Shown here piece by piece: positions 1 to 9,984 of a stretch of DNA of 64,000 nucleotides. The notes under the pieces were generated by a model, which did not search any database, was not told the DNA's origin, and saw only the letters and a program-made list of their open reading frames with translations. Numbering within the stretch: position 1 is the first letter of the stretch; each line of letters opens with the position of its first letter. The stretch spans positions 67,725-131,724 of the forward strand of contig JAHQWD010000003.1 in the NCBI GenBank assembly GCA_019634005.1, read 5' to 3'. A program made the translations under genes and the position numbers. Source of the stretch: Candidatus Kaiserbacteria bacterium (GTDB lineage Bacteria > Patescibacteriota > Minisyncoccia > Phycocordibacterales > UBA918).

Positions 1-52
1 TGTAACCCTTGCCGCTTCGACGAGTAACGCCTCTCCATATCTCTTCAAACTT

Positions 53-1672
53 ATGATCGATGGAGTTGCGGGTGGAGCAACGCATGCGGATCAGGTAGAA
101 GCATTGATGAAATGGGGGACACTCTATATTGGACTTATCATTCTTATGTGGGTGCTTTGGCGTGCATCTGGATTTATAGGAATGGTATGGATTGTGAGAG
201 CACGTACGGAGGGGTACCAGCGTCTTTATACATACATGACGCGACACAGTCATAGTTATTTCTCTGACCGATTCGCGGGCTCAGTCTCTGCGAAAGTCAC
301 ACACGCTGCAGAAGGCACGTCCAAGTTTATCGAACACATAATGTGGGGATATTACGAGCGCATCATCGGACTTATTATATCTGCGGTGCTCATGTCACTC
401 ACTAATGTATGGATTGGTGCGATATTTGTAGGCCTCATCATCCTGCTGGTGCTCATTAATATTCCGTGGGTGAAGCATCGACGACCCTATGTGGTCTCGT
501 ACACAGAGACACTCTCGGCATTTAAAGGGTTTGGCGTCGATATGGTTACCAATATTGCTGCAGTTCGACAATACGCACGAACAAATCGGGAACTGGAAAA
601 CCTTGCGGGAAGGTTAGAAACACTGGAAGAAAAAGACTTCAAGCAATGGAGACTTTCTGAATGGTCGTTGGTCTTTAATAATATTCTCATTGTGGGCGCA
701 CTGGGAGCGATCATGGGTATGATGATCATGCTCTTTAGTAATGGATCTATCAGTTCTGGTGATGTGGTGCTGGTACTGACACTTATTTTTGCCTCATCTG
801 GATCCCTTACATTTATTGGTAATGCTATGGCGGGTGCGACACGGCAATATGGAGAAATTGAAGAAGGGCTTGATGCCATACTGATTCCTCATGAGGTTGC
901 TGATGGAGCAAAGGCAAAGACGTTAACGGTTACCGAAGGTGCTATTGAATGGAAGGATGTTGATTTTTCTTTTGAAAGTAATAAGGTGTTTGATCATTTC
1001 AGCCTCACCATCAAACCAGGAGAACGTATTGGTCTGGTTGGTCCAAGTGGTGCAGGGAAGACGACGTTTGTCTCACTACTGCTTAGGCAGCATGATGTCC
1101 ACGCAGGAGAAATCCGTATAGACGGACAGAATATCGGAGCAGTAACTCAAGATTCACTTCGCGAAAATATTGCCGTTGTGCCGCAAGAGCCATTGCTATT
1201 CCATCGATCTATTCGCGAAAATATTGCTTATGGGAATCCGCATGCAACGGAGGAGGAAATCGTTGCTGTGGCAAAAAAGGCACAGGCACATGATTTCATC
1301 ACCGCACTATCTGATGGATATGACACTCTTGTCGGGGAGCGAGGTATCAAACTCTCGGGAGGTCAGAAACAGCGTGTTGCTATTGCGCGCGCAATGCTGA
1401 AAGATGCTCCAATCCTCATTCTTGATGAAGCAACGTCAGCACTCGACAGTGAAAGTGAGGTTGCAATTCAGAAGGCGCTTCATGAGCTTATGGAAGGAAA
1501 GACGGTAATTGCAGTCGCACATCGTCTCTCAACACTCCGTGAGATGGACCGCATTCTTGTGCTTGAAGGAGGAAAGATTGTCGAAGATGGGAATCACATG
1601 GAATTAACACAATCGAGTGGTACGTATGCACGACTATGGGAGCATCAGGCGGGAGGATTCTTGCAGGAATAG
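53..1672 (+). CDS. ABC transporter, fused permease/ATP-binding exporter (MsbA-like)
   Basis: N-terminal ~300 aa with multiple hydrophobic helices. C-terminal NBD has Walker A GPSGAGKTT, ABC signature LSGGQKQRVAIARA, Walker B ILILDEAT and H-loop AHRL. The frame is open to the window start, so the true start may lie upstream. Confidence 0.85.
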   Translation: MIDGVAGGATHADQVEALMKWGTLYIGLIILMWVLWRASGFIGMVWIVRARTEGYQRLYTYMTRHSHSYFSDRFAGSVSAKVTHAAEGTSKFIEHIMWGYYERIIGLIISAVLMSLTNVWIGAIFVGLIILLVLINIPWVKHRRPYVVSYTETLSAFKGFGVDMVTNIAAVRQYARTNRELENLAGRLETLEEKDFKQWRLSEWSLVFNNILIVGALGAIMGMMIMLFSNGSISSGDVVLVLTLIFASSGSLTFIGNAMAGATRQYGEIEEGLDAILIPHEVADGAKAKTLTVTEGAIEWKDVDFSFESNKVFDHFSLTIKPGERIGLVGPSGAGKTTFVSLLLRQHDVHAGEIRIDGQNIGAVTQDSLRENIAVVPQEPLLFHRSIRENIAYGNPHATEEEIVAVAKKAQAHDFITALSDGYDTLVGERGIKLSGGQKQRVAIARAMLKDAPILILDEATSALDSESEVAIQKALHELMEGKTVIAVAHRLSTLREMDRILVLEGGKIVEDGNHMELTQSSGTYARLWEHQAGGFLQE

Positions 1673-1683
1673 GGATACAAAAA

Positions 1684-1705
1684 AGCGCCGAGAAGGCGCT
1701 TTTTT
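1684..1705 (+). terminator. Intrinsic terminator hairpin (agcgcc-gaga-ggcgct) plus T-run, after the ABC exporter gene
   Basis: GC stem followed by TTTTT, visible directly in the sequence. Confidence 0.5.
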
Positions 1706-1711
1706 GTGGCA

Positions 1712-1783
1712 TGATCCCACGGGGAATCGAACCCCGATTTCCAGGATGAAAACCTGACGTCCTAACCATTAGACGATGGGACC
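1712..1783 (-). tRNA. tRNA-Glu (anticodon UUC), CCA not encoded
   Basis: Cloverleaf by eye: acceptor ggtccca/tgggatc, D-arm tcgtctaatggttaggacg, anticodon loop ttTTCat, T-arm cgggg-ttcgatt-ccccg. Resembles bacterial tRNA-Glu. Confidence 0.8.
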
Positions 1784-1907
1784 GTGACGCATATACTACA
1801 GAAAAAGTAACGAAAATGCTAGTAGCTAGATTGTAGATTGTTTTGTATTAATACAAAAAAGGCCCCGCAAGAAAGCAGGGACCCCTTTGTACTGGTTGAT
1901 ACTGCAT

Positions 1908-2126
1908 TCAGAGTCGCTTCACTGGGTACGTCGCTGCTTTGGGACCTTTCCGCCTTCTTCTGGACATCCAGAAGAAACAGAAAACCGCAACGGTAAGCGC
2001 ATACAAAGGCCAGAAGTCTCTCGCCATCAACGTGATGGGCTCAGGTATGAACTCCGGTGGGAAATACGCAACTGAGGCGGGTGCTCCAAGTAGTATCATG
2101 GAACAAATTAATTTCACCATCAACAT
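1908..2126 (-). CDS. Small (72 aa) membrane protein, hypothetical
   Basis: Strong Shine-Dalgarno GAAAGGAGGA 4 nt before the ATG. Two hydrophobic segments and a basic RRRRK stretch. Sits in an otherwise gene-free 435-nt gap. Confidence 0.35.
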   Translation of the reverse strand: MLMVKLICSMILLGAPASVAYFPPEFIPEPITLMARDFWPLYALTVAVFCFFWMSRRRRKGPKAATYPVKRL

Positions 2127-2218
2127 GGCATCCTCCTTTCAAATAAAGGTTGTGGTGATTTTTTATTGTTTCCTCCCCTCTACATCTATACCATAGAAGG
2201 AGGGGAAAGGGCAAAGCA

Positions 2219-3142
2219 CTACTTTGCCTTCAATGTCACGTAGATATCTTCAAGCGCACGCACACCATCTCCTGCAGAGATATTATTCTGATGATATCGT
2301 ACGTTGGTACAGTCTCCAGCGGCCCATATTCCAGGAGTATTAGTCTTTTGTGTCCATGGATCGATCTCAATACGATTATACGCATCGAGTTCAACAACAT
2401 CCTTTAGGAATCCTGTGTTTGGCACAACACCAATCTCTACAAAGACGCCAGAGACATCGAGTGTTTTTTCCTCACCACTTTCTATGTCTTTATACTTCAC
2501 GCCATTTACAAAAGACTCTCCAAGAATCTCTGTCGGCTCTGCGTTCGTAAGTGCAGTCATATTCTCGTGTGCAAGCACTTTCTCAACAGTTACTGGATCT
2601 GCTTTGAATTCCGCAGAACGATGGAGTAGTGTCACACTTTTCGCGTACGCAAGAAGTTGCGCTGCGGTTTCAAAACCAGCATTCCCACCACCAACGACTA
2701 CAACATCTTGTCCTGCAAAGAGTGGTCCATCACATGAGGCACAGTAGGTGAGTCCTTTGTTATCAAACTCTTCTGCACCAGGCACCTCGAGCTTCCGTCT
2801 ACCACTTCCTGTGGTAACAAGTACGGCTGTACTTTTGTGCACCTCTCCATCATCAGTAGTCACCTCGAATCCCTCATCGGTCTTCTCTATATCAGAGACA
2901 AGTGCACCTTCTTTGATGGTAACGATGTCACCAGCATATTCTTTTAGGTGTTCTTCAAACGTCTTTGCAAGATCTGCACCACTAATATGTGGAGTACCGA
3001 TCCAGTTCTGGATATCTTCAGAGACAACACTCTGTCCACCAAACTCTTTGGTAATAAGAAGAGATTTAAGTTGCTTTCGTGATGCATAGACACCCGCTGC
3101 CACACCTGCAGGTCCACCACCGATGATAATGAGATCGTACAT
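2219..3142 (-). CDS. trxB: Thioredoxin-disulfide reductase
   Basis: FAD motif IIIGGGPAG at the N-terminus, redox-active CASC motif, NAD(P)-binding motif VVVVGGGNAG. About 307 aa, typical TrxR length. Confidence 0.9.
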   Translation of the reverse strand: MYDLIIIGGGPAGVAAGVYASRKQLKSLLITKEFGGQSVVSEDIQNWIGTPHISGADLAKTFEEHLKEYAGDIVTIKEGALVSDIEKTDEGFEVTTDDGEVHKSTAVLVTTGSGRRKLEVPGAEEFDNKGLTYCASCDGPLFAGQDVVVVGGGNAGFETAAQLLAYAKSVTLLHRSAEFKADPVTVEKVLAHENMTALTNAEPTEILGESFVNGVKYKDIESGEEKTLDVSGVFVEIGVVPNTGFLKDVVELDAYNRIEIDPWTQKTNTPGIWAAGDCTNVRYHQNNISAGDGVRALEDIYVTLKAK

Positions 3143-3180
3143 AGAGAATAATATTAACTAATTGAGGGTCATTGTAACAC

Positions 3181-3215
3181 AAAAAGCGACATCGCTTAGA
3201 TGTCGCTTTTTGGGG
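3181..3215 (-). terminator. Intrinsic terminator downstream of ftsZ (agcgacatc/gatgtcgct hairpin plus T-run on the minus strand)
   Basis: 10-bp inverted repeat flanked by an A-run and a T-run. Confidence 0.5.
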
Positions 3216-3224
3216 TCTCTGCTA

Positions 3225-4430
3225 CTACTTTAACTTCGATCGACGGAGAAAGGCAGGTACTGCACCCCAATCATCATCGTCTTCCTCGTCCATAGGATCA
3301 ACAGGAGTTGGCTCCGCAGGCTTCTCTACCTTCTTTGCCGCTGCCTTCTTCACAGGCTTCTCCTCCTCTTTATCCTTGGAAGAGCCAATGGAGTTAAAAA
3401 TGTGTCCTCGTGCAGGCTCTTCTTTCTCTTCAGTCAAGCGTGCATTCTCTGCAAGTTCACCGCTCATAGCCTCAGACTCTGGGAAGCCTGTTGCAATAAC
3501 GGTCACCTTGATCTCATTCTTCTTGAGTTTGTCATCTTTGATAGTACCGAAGATAACCTTTGCGTGTGGATCGATAGACTCGGTGATCACTCGAGCCGCA
3601 TCCTGCACCTCAAGCATTCCAAGATCATCTCCTCCTGCGATTGCAAAGAGGACACCCTTTGCACCATTGATAGATACCTCAAGAAGAGGGGAGTTGATCG
3701 CAGATTGTGCCGCTTCTTCAGCGCGCTTCTCTCCAGATCCCGCACCGACACCCATAAGTGCGCTTCCTGCATCCTCCATAACACTTCGGATGTCCGCGAA
3801 GTCTACGTTCACGATACCTGGCATAGTGATGAGGTCAGAGATACCTTCAACAGCCTGCTTCAATACATTGTCACAGATCTCAAATGCGTTCTTAACACTT
3901 GTCTCTTTATCGACAATAGCAAGGAGACGGTCGTTTGGAATGATAATAAGTGCGTCTACTTCTTTCTTCAGCTCTGCAATTCCTTGGAGTGCAAGGCGCA
4001 TGCGCTCCTGTCCTTCAAAGAGGAATGGCTTAGTGACCACACCAACGGTAAGCGCTCCTGTCTCTCGTGCAATTTTTGCAACAACGGGTGCCGCACCTGT
4101 TCCTGTACCACCACCCATACCACCTGTGATGAAGATCATGTCAGATCCTTTGAGCGAATTTGCGATCTCTTCACGAGTCTCTTCTGCAGCACGGCGTCCC
4201 ATATCTGGATTTCCTCCTGCACCAAGACCTCGGGTGAGGTTCTTACCGATGTTAATTTTCTTTTTTGCAAGCGAATGATGCAAGTCCTGTGCATCACTGT
4301 TTACTGCAATGAACTCCACACCTTTTACTTTAGAGTCCACCATGTGGTTGACGGCATTTCCTCCAGAGCCCCCAACACCTACTACACGAATCCGCGCGAA
4401 TGATTCCACTGCTGTCTTAATGTGTTCCAT
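3225..4430 (-). CDS. ftsZ: Cell division GTPase FtsZ
   Basis: Tubulin signature GGGTGTG, N-terminal [16 protein letters not shown]7 loop region, and an acidic/lysine-rich C-terminal tail. Confidence 0.95.
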   Translation of the reverse strand: MEHIKTAVESFARIRVVGVGGSGGNAVNHMVDSKVKGVEFIAVNSDAQDLHHSLAKKKINIGKNLTRGLGAGGNPDMGRRAAEETREEIANSLKGSDMIFITGGMGGGTGTGAAPVVAKIARETGALTVGVVTKPFLFEGQERMRLALQGIAELKKEVDALIIIPNDRLLAIVDKETSVKNAFEICDNVLKQAVEGISDLITMPGIVNVDFADIRSVMEDAGSALMGVGAGSGEKRAEEAAQSAINSPLLEVSINGAKGVLFAIAGGDDLGMLEVQDAARVITESIDPHAKVIFGTIKDDKLKKNEIKVTVIATGFPESEAMSGELAENARLTEEKEEPARGHIFNSIGSSKDKEEEKPVKKAAAKKVEKPAEPTPVDPMDEEDDDDWGAVPAFLRRSKLK

Positions 4431-4541
4431 ACAATCTAAAAATTATTACCTCCAAACGTCGTTCCCACATCATACCGCGGTACAAAAAATCTGTCACCAT
4501 ATTGACAGATTTGTGTTTCGTGCGATCGTTTCTATTGAAAT

Positions 4542-5711
4542 CTAGGGCAGAAATTGTTTTAACCACCGAAGAAGGGTACCTCCTGTCTTCCGCGCAACGG
4601 AGACTCCACTCTCATCTTCGTCTTCAGAGATGCCCCACATACAGAGTCCATAGGCCACTGCCCACGAAGCGTCCTTTACCTTTCCATTTTGCTTCGGATC
4701 GAGGGTCGCAATCTTTGAAGGAAGCCTGAGTGCTGCACGTGCGAGGTCTTGAATAGTAGCAACACCAGAACCGCCACCAGTGATGATAATACCAGCAGGC
4801 AAAAGACCGTCTCGTTTTATATTCTTGAGGTGTGCATCAATGAGTTCAAAGATGTCATTCATCCGTGCAGCGATAATTTCATCGAGTTTCCGCTTGGAAT
4901 ATGAAGCGCTCAGCATTGCACCTTGCTTGATCTTCTCTGCCTCCTCAAGCGGGATCTTAAATCCAAGTGCGATATCGTTCGTGATATCACTTGAGCCAAT
5001 AGGGAAGACTTTGAGAGAGATGGGAATGTTGTTCTCAAAGACAACAATGGAGACTGTCTCTGCACCAATATTTGCGAGCACACATCCCGCACGCTTCTGT
5101 GCCTTCGTGAGCATCACCAGGCTCCCTGCAAGTGGGGAGGCCATCACATCGTCCACAACAATCCCAATACCTTCTACGGTGGAAACAAGGTCATTGAGGT
5201 GTTGCTCCTGCGAGATAACAAAGAGACTCTCTGCTTCCAGTTTTGTCCCTTTCATGCCATGGGGGCGTCCCAGTACCTTTGTGCCATCTACAGTGAAGGA
5301 GAGAGGGATGGCGTGGAGAATCCTGCTGTTTGGAATATTTTCCATGACACGTTCCTCACTGTCCTGCATCACCTTCTCGACGTCAGTCTGGGTGATCTCA
5401 GAATCCGCACGAGAGGTGATCACCTCACCATGTGAACGGATCTCATCAAGTCCAATACCACCCATAGAGAGGTATGCATGCTTTACCCGTACGCCAGCCT
5501 CTTTCTCCGCCTGTGCGACTGCGTTCTGCACACTCCGTGCTACATCTGCTTCATTGATGATGTATCCATTCCGAAGTCCACGAGACTCAGAATATCCTGT
5601 ACCCAGAATCTTCGGGAGCACCCGTGAAGATCCTTTCTTCGGACGCAGGGCAACCACTACCTTTACTTGGTAGGTACCTACATCTATTCCTGTAACAATA
5701 CGGTCTGCCAT
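4542..5711 (-). CDS. ftsA: Cell division protein FtsA (actin-like ATPase)
   Basis: N-terminal GIDVGTYQVKVVV, actin-fold phosphate-binding motifs (IITGGGS). Lies directly upstream of ftsZ and is start-coupled to the ybeY stop (TAATG overlap). Confidence 0.9.
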   Translation of the reverse strand: MADRIVTGIDVGTYQVKVVVALRPKKGSSRVLPKILGTGYSESRGLRNGYIINEADVARSVQNAVAQAEKEAGVRVKHAYLSMGGIGLDEIRSHGEVITSRADSEITQTDVEKVMQDSEERVMENIPNSRILHAIPLSFTVDGTKVLGRPHGMKGTKLEAESLFVISQEQHLNDLVSTVEGIGIVVDDVMASPLAGSLVMLTKAQKRAGCVLANIGAETVSIVVFENNIPISLKVFPIGSSDITNDIALGFKIPLEEAEKIKQGAMLSASYSKRKLDEIIAARMNDIFELIDAHLKNIKRDGLLPAGIIITGGGSGVATIQDLARAALRLPSKIATLDPKQNGKVKDASWAVAYGLCMWGISEDEDESGVSVARKTGGTLLRWLKQFLP

Positions 5712-6145
5712 TACGTTATATATGAGCGCATAAGAGCACGCTCCTTTCGTTCCATTGTACCGCCATGGTCGTATCCCTTCAAATGGAGTAATCCGTGGAT
5801 AAACAAATATCCGACATATTGTCTATAGGTCATTGAAAACTTGTGTGCCTCACGTTTTGCTACTTTTGGACAAATGTATATCTCGCCGCTTACCTTATCT
5901 AAAGGGAAGGAGAGTACATTTGGAATGTACGTCTTCTTTCGATACTTTTTATTCAAACTCTGCGCACGGTCTTCACCCACAAACACGAGGGAGAGATCGT
6001 ACTTTGTACCAAGTACCCCTTCTGCAATCTTTTTGTATGCGTGCTTTGGGTATTCTTTTACCGTGCTGGATATGGTGGTCATTGAAATAGTATACCTTAA
6101 ACAAACAAGCACCTGCGAGATTAGTTTCTCGCAGGTGCGGCACAT
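5711..6145 (-). CDS. ybeY: rRNA maturation endoribonuclease YbeY
   Basis: Zinc-binding H-x3-H-x5-H motif in FIHGLLHLKGYDH. About 144 aa. Confidence 0.85.
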   Translation of the reverse strand: MCRTCEKLISQVLVCLRYTISMTTISSTVKEYPKHAYKKIAEGVLGTKYDLSLVFVGEDRAQSLNKKYRKKTYIPNVLSFPLDKVSGEIYICPKVAKREAHKFSMTYRQYVGYLFIHGLLHLKGYDHGGTMERKERALMRSYIT

Positions 6146-6157
6146 TAGTAGGGGGCA

Positions 6158-6586
6158 CTACCTTTCCATAAGGAACTCAAAACACGGCGTCTCGTCTTGG
6201 TCGAGGACATGCTCACGGATGTGGGCGTTATCCCACTCATTATATTGTCTCTCGTACCAGCGACGCATACCCTTTCGCATGTATGCAAAAGAAACCACAT
6301 CATGGTTCATGAAATCATATGCCACGCTTTCAAATTCATACGGCACAAAAGGGTAGCCAAGGTGTTCTTTGTAGAGCACCATGAAGACTTTTCGGATCGT
6401 CACGTACCGTCTAGTATTAGCGTCCAGACCACTGTACTTTATGACAACACGAACTCTTTCGTTACCGATCTGTTCCGGAGCACCAATCTCGGCAACTCCA
6501 TCAGAACTGAATCCTGCTTTAACGGCATGGTAAATTGCCAGGTTTTGTGCCTCTGTCAGAGAACAAGGTTTCTTCTGCTTTGACAT
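6158..6586 (-). CDS. Hypothetical protein (142 aa)
   Basis: Clean ORF between ybeY and rpsU. No motif recognised. Confidence 0.45.
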   Translation of the reverse strand: MSKQKKPCSLTEAQNLAIYHAVKAGFSSDGVAEIGAPEQIGNERVRVVIKYSGLDANTRRYVTIRKVFMVLYKEHLGYPFVPYEFESVAYDFMNHDVVSFAYMRKGMRRWYERQYNEWDNAHIREHVLDQDETPCFEFLMER

Positions 6587-6688
6587 TTTTTCCTCCTTCG
6601 GAAACGGATCTGCGGGATTGCAGTACCGACCACTCCTTTGTGGATTTATTCAGAATATACAACTCTATCTATATCGTGTCAAGATAAC

Positions 6689-6716
6689 AAAAAACCTCCC
6701 AACGGGAGGCTTTTTG
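6689..6716 (-). terminator. Bidirectional intrinsic terminator (cctccc-aac-gggagg flanked by A-run and T-run) at the rpsU stop
   Basis: Seen in sequence. Confidence 0.5.
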
Positions 6717-6986
6717 TTATCGTCGACGTCCGCGTGGACGTTCCTGTATCTTTCCGAGTTTCAAAAGTTTCTCGTACGCTTCCTTTCCAGCAAGTTTCTT
6801 GAGACGTGCTTCTTTGCGTACATTCTCAGACTTGGTGCGGCTGTAGTATCGGTTTCCGCGCATACGTGGAATGATGCCTGCGCCCTGTACTCGACGAGTA
6901 AAACGCCGAATAAGATTCGCAGTGCTCTCCTGATTATTTTTTTCTACCTGAACGTTATGTGCCATATGTGACGGAGAGCATACCAC
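6717..6986 (-). CDS. rpsU: 30S ribosomal protein S21
   Basis: 89 aa, very basic. The pattern RRFxRxVxxxGI...R...Y.....R matches the S21 family. Confidence 0.65.
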   Translation of the reverse strand: MVCSPSHMAHNVQVEKNNQESTANLIRRFTRRVQGAGIIPRMRGNRYYSRTKSENVRKEARLKKLAGKEAYEKLLKLGKIQERPRGRRR

Positions 6987-6994
6987 AGTGGGTA

Positions 6995-8173
6995 CTATCG
7001 TGCAATGCGCTTGAGACGTCCGAGAAGTTGGTCCGCAGGAATAGTCTCTTGCGTCTCGTTCGAGAGGTTGCGAAGCATTACGGTGCCTTCAACAAACTCC
7101 TTTTGTCCTACGATAACCGCGACCTTCGCACCGCAGTTCTTTGCTGCAGAAAGCTGTCCTCCGAGAGAGTCGCTGATGATATCTTGTGTTGATGGAATAC
7201 CCGCTCGCTTTAATTCATTTACAAGGAGAAGGGAGCGTACCTTCGGCGCAAAACCAATCTGTACTACAAACACAGAAGGATTCTTTGCCTTCGGCGCACG
7301 CGGTGTCCGTGCAGGCACCTTCTTGTTTCGGAGTACTGCGACAACTCCCGCTGCAGGGACTGGGTTACGTGCCATACGAGAGACAAAGGAATTGTAGCGT
7401 CCACCGCGGATGTAAATAGGTTGTTCCTCAAGTTTCTCGTAGTTGTCGTCGGTAATGTCGATAGCAAAGAGGGTGTCAGAGTAGCAGTTTGGGTGCCCAA
7501 TGAGTTTTGGATCGATCTCGTAGAGCGCTTCTGCCATGTCCAAGAACTCTACGATCTCACGAAAGTGCTTGCGACTTGGATCACTGAGATACTCCAGAGA
7601 GTTTGGTGTCTTGTGTGCAAGTTCGTGTTCCTTTTCAATCAGTCTACGGAACGCGAGGAAGGGGTGTTCCTTCATAAGTTCACGTGCGTCTGGCGGAAGA
7701 AGGTCGATACGCTTGCGGAGGAAGGCGGTCAGTTCTCGCACGTAGCGTGCGGTAGAGTCAGGATCCCCGATAGAGTTAATGCGTACGCTGTGGTGTGGAA
7801 GTCCTACTTCTTCAAGCAGTGTACGCATGGTCTGGATCAGCATGGTCTCTGCAATACTTTTCTCAACGTTGAGGATTTGGAAGGAGAATGCAGTTTCACC
7901 GCTTCGAGGAACAGATTCCATACTATAGAGAAGTACTGGTCCTTCGATATTATTCAACTTCTGGTCATAGTACGCACAGGCTCCCTGGGTGAGCATCCCG
8001 TGGAGTGCGTCCATCTTCCGATCCGCCGCACTGTCATTTTTGGTTGCCGCTTTCTTCTTGCATGCAGTACAAGCAGGATCTTTTTTAAGCACTTCCATAT
8101 CTTTGAAACCAAAGTACCGTGCGGTCTCTGTCGCTGCTTTAATAAAATCTGTTGCTGAAATATTGGTATTCAT
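6995..8173 (-). CDS. Histidyl-tRNA synthetase-like protein (HisS/HisZ family) with class-II anticodon-binding domain; motif 2 looks degenerate
   Basis: GGRY motif (RGGRYNSF...PAAGVVAVL) and a C-terminal anticodon-binding domain (GAKVAVIVGQKEFVEGTVMLRNL). The insertion-domain region INSIGD is present. The motif-2 arginines (FRYE/RYREF) are not recognisable. Confidence 0.6.
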   Translation of the reverse strand: MNTNISATDFIKAATETARYFGFKDMEVLKKDPACTACKKKAATKNDSAADRKMDALHGMLTQGACAYYDQKLNNIEGPVLLYSMESVPRSGETAFSFQILNVEKSIAETMLIQTMRTLLEEVGLPHHSVRINSIGDPDSTARYVRELTAFLRKRIDLLPPDARELMKEHPFLAFRRLIEKEHELAHKTPNSLEYLSDPSRKHFREIVEFLDMAEALYEIDPKLIGHPNCYSDTLFAIDITDDNYEKLEEQPIYIRGGRYNSFVSRMARNPVPAAGVVAVLRNKKVPARTPRAPKAKNPSVFVVQIGFAPKVRSLLLVNELKRAGIPSTQDIISDSLGGQLSAAKNCGAKVAVIVGQKEFVEGTVMLRNLSNETQETIPADQLLGRLKRIAR

Positions 8174-8183
8174 ATACTGCTCA

Positions 8184-8807
8184 TTACTCTGTTAAGACGG
8201 GGACATCGTACGCTCCAGGGAAAAGATCAAGTGCTCCAAGAGGGAAGAGTCGGACGAATGCTCGCCCTGATATATTCTCCCGTGGAAGAACCCCCCACAG
8301 GCGGGAGTCCGAACTCTCGTCACGGTTATCTCCAAAGACCACGTATTCTTCATCTTCAAGCACAAATGTTTGGTCAGTTCGAGGAGACTGCTTTTCGACA
8401 TACGGTTCATTAAGCGCGACTCCTTCAGGATACTCCTTATTGATAAGCGTTATCTTGTTCCCTGTAATGGTTATGGTGTCTCCAGGAATGCCGATGACAC
8501 GTTTAATAAAGAAACGCGATGGGTCATTTGGATATCGAAAGACCACTACATCACCACGTTGCGGCTCTTCAAAGTGGTAGGTAAGTTGATCCACAATGAG
8601 GTAGTCTCCGTTTTGGAACGTACTCTCCATAGAGGCACCTGAGACAATAAATGGCTGTGCGATAAAGACACGTATAGGGACGACAATAACGAGTGTGATA
8701 AGAACAAAGCGGAGGAGTTCTTTTGCCCAGTGTTCATTTTGTGGAGCGTCGGACACAGAAGGGGTGTCAGTCGGTGTGTCCTTTGTAGTATCAGTAACGT
8801 GCTCCAT
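8184..8807 (-). CDS. lepB: Signal peptidase I (S26)
   Basis: N-terminal TM helix, catalytic GASMESTF (Ser) box, GDNRDESSDSRLWG box and the K-containing RVIGIPGD box. Confidence 0.85.
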   Translation of the reverse strand: MEHVTDTTKDTPTDTPSVSDAPQNEHWAKELLRFVLITLVIVVPIRVFIAQPFIVSGASMESTFQNGDYLIVDQLTYHFEEPQRGDVVVFRYPNDPSRFFIKRVIGIPGDTITITGNKITLINKEYPEGVALNEPYVEKQSPRTDQTFVLEDEEYVVFGDNRDESSDSRLWGVLPRENISGRAFVRLFPLGALDLFPGAYDVPVLTE

Positions 8808-8894
8808 AGTATAAGTTAGTCACCATTATAGTCTGGAGTACGACTCGACACAAGTTTCATTATATTGCATGAATGAAAATGCTATACTCTCTCC

Positions 8895-9476
8895 ATGATC
8901 ACCGTAGTTGGACTACAAAACCCAGGGGCAGAATATACAAACACTCGACATAATGTGGGAGAGATGGTCGTGCGTGCATTCCAAGAGAGACACAACCTTC
9001 CTTCCTTTGTTCCGTCATCACAATACGCAGGAGAAATCTCCGAAGGAGTGGTTGACGGACAAGAGGTACGACTTCTTCTCCCAACTACGTATATGAATAA
9101 AAGCGGAAGTGCGGTTAAGAAGGCACTTCATCTTCCCGAAGGTCTCATTGTTGTCCATGACGAACTGGCGCTCCCGCTTGGGGAATTTAAAATTGGATAC
9201 AACCAGGGAGCAGGGAGCCACAATGGCGTGCAATCTATTATTGATGCACTTGGCATGAAAGCGTTCACAAGACTTCGTGTTGGTATCTCACCAACTTCAT
9301 TCTTTGGAAATATGAGACCACCAAAAGGAGAGAGGCGAGCAAAGTTTGTATTGCAGACGTTTTCTAAGAAAGAGATGTCTACAGTTGAGGCAATGCTGCC
9401 GGAAGTACTTACTGCACTTGAGACAATACTTACACAGGGGAGAGAGAAGGCGATGAATCAGTTTAATGTGTCATGA
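8895..9476 (+). CDS. pth: Peptidyl-tRNA hydrolase
   Basis: N-terminal [18 protein letters not shown] and the HNG catalytic region (GAGSHNGV). 193 aa. Confidence 0.9.
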   Translation: MITVVGLQNPGAEYTNTRHNVGEMVVRAFQERHNLPSFVPSSQYAGEISEGVVDGQEVRLLLPTTYMNKSGSAVKKALHLPEGLIVVHDELALPLGEFKIGYNQGAGSHNGVQSIIDALGMKAFTRLRVGISPTSFFGNMRPPKGERRAKFVLQTFSKKEMSTVEAMLPEVLTALETILTQGREKAMNQFNVS

Positions 9477-9964
9477 ATAAGACCAAAGGATTTACACTCA
9501 TAGAACTACTTGTTGTTATAGCGATTATAGGTATTTTGGCGAGTGTTGTTCTTGGTTCGTTGAATGCAGCACGCGGTAAAGCGAGAGATGCACGACGTGC
9601 TGCGGATATGTCACAAATTATGACAGCGCTCAATCTCTTCTATTCCGATTACGGCTGCCTACCTCGAACATCAGGGTCGTCCTGTGTTGGAGGGTATAGC
9701 GAATCCAATACTGGTGGCTGGGATGCAAGTGGAGAAGGAGATTTTATGACATTCCTCTCCGACAATGGCTACATGCCTTCAGTACCAGTCGATCCTATTA
9801 ATGATGGAGGCGGAGGAAGTTCTCATAGTTATCGATACTATTGTTACGTCTCTGGTCAGAGTTATACAGGGCTACATCTTGGGTACTGGGACGAGTCTGG
9901 GGCATATATACGCTACGCAACGTCAGGTGGCGCATGGACGACACAAGACTACTTGTGTAGATAA
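9473..9964 (+). CDS. Type IV pilin / pseudopilin with N-terminal prepilin cleavage-methylation motif
   Basis: [22 protein letters not shown] is a class III signal peptide with G-F-T-L-I-E. The C-terminal region is Gly/Ser-rich with Cys residues. Confidence 0.7.
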   Translation: MNKTKGFTLIELLVVIAIIGILASVVLGSLNAARGKARDARRAADMSQIMTALNLFYSDYGCLPRTSGSSCVGGYSESNTGGWDASGEGDFMTFLSDNGYMPSVPVDPINDGGGGSSHSYRYYCYVSGQSYTGLHLGYWDESGAYIRYATSGGAWTTQDYLCR

Positions 9965-9984
9965 AAAGAAAAGGAGAGTGTTTT

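Noticed and set aside
1887-2196. Plus-strand small ORFs (62 and 85 aa) between tRNA-Glu and trxB
   Set aside because: No RBS and odd composition. The minus-strand 72-aa ORF with a strong SD is the better explanation for this gap.
3376-4403. Long plus-strand ORFs (300 and 333 aa) antisense to ftsZ
   Set aside because: Ser/Pro/Cys-rich and low-complexity, which is typical of shadow ORFs opposite a highly expressed GC-biased gene. ftsZ on the minus strand is unambiguous.
4780-5673. 297-aa plus-strand ORF antisense to ftsA
   Set aside because: Shadow ORF with Ser/Arg-rich composition and no motifs. ftsA on the minus strand is clear.
9473-9964. Linking the type IV pilin at 9.5 kb with the VirB2-like array at 17.7 kb as one pilus locus
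   Set aside because: They are different pilin classes (prepilin-peptidase substrate against signal-peptidase-I substrate) and are 8 kb apart with unrelated housekeeping genes between them.
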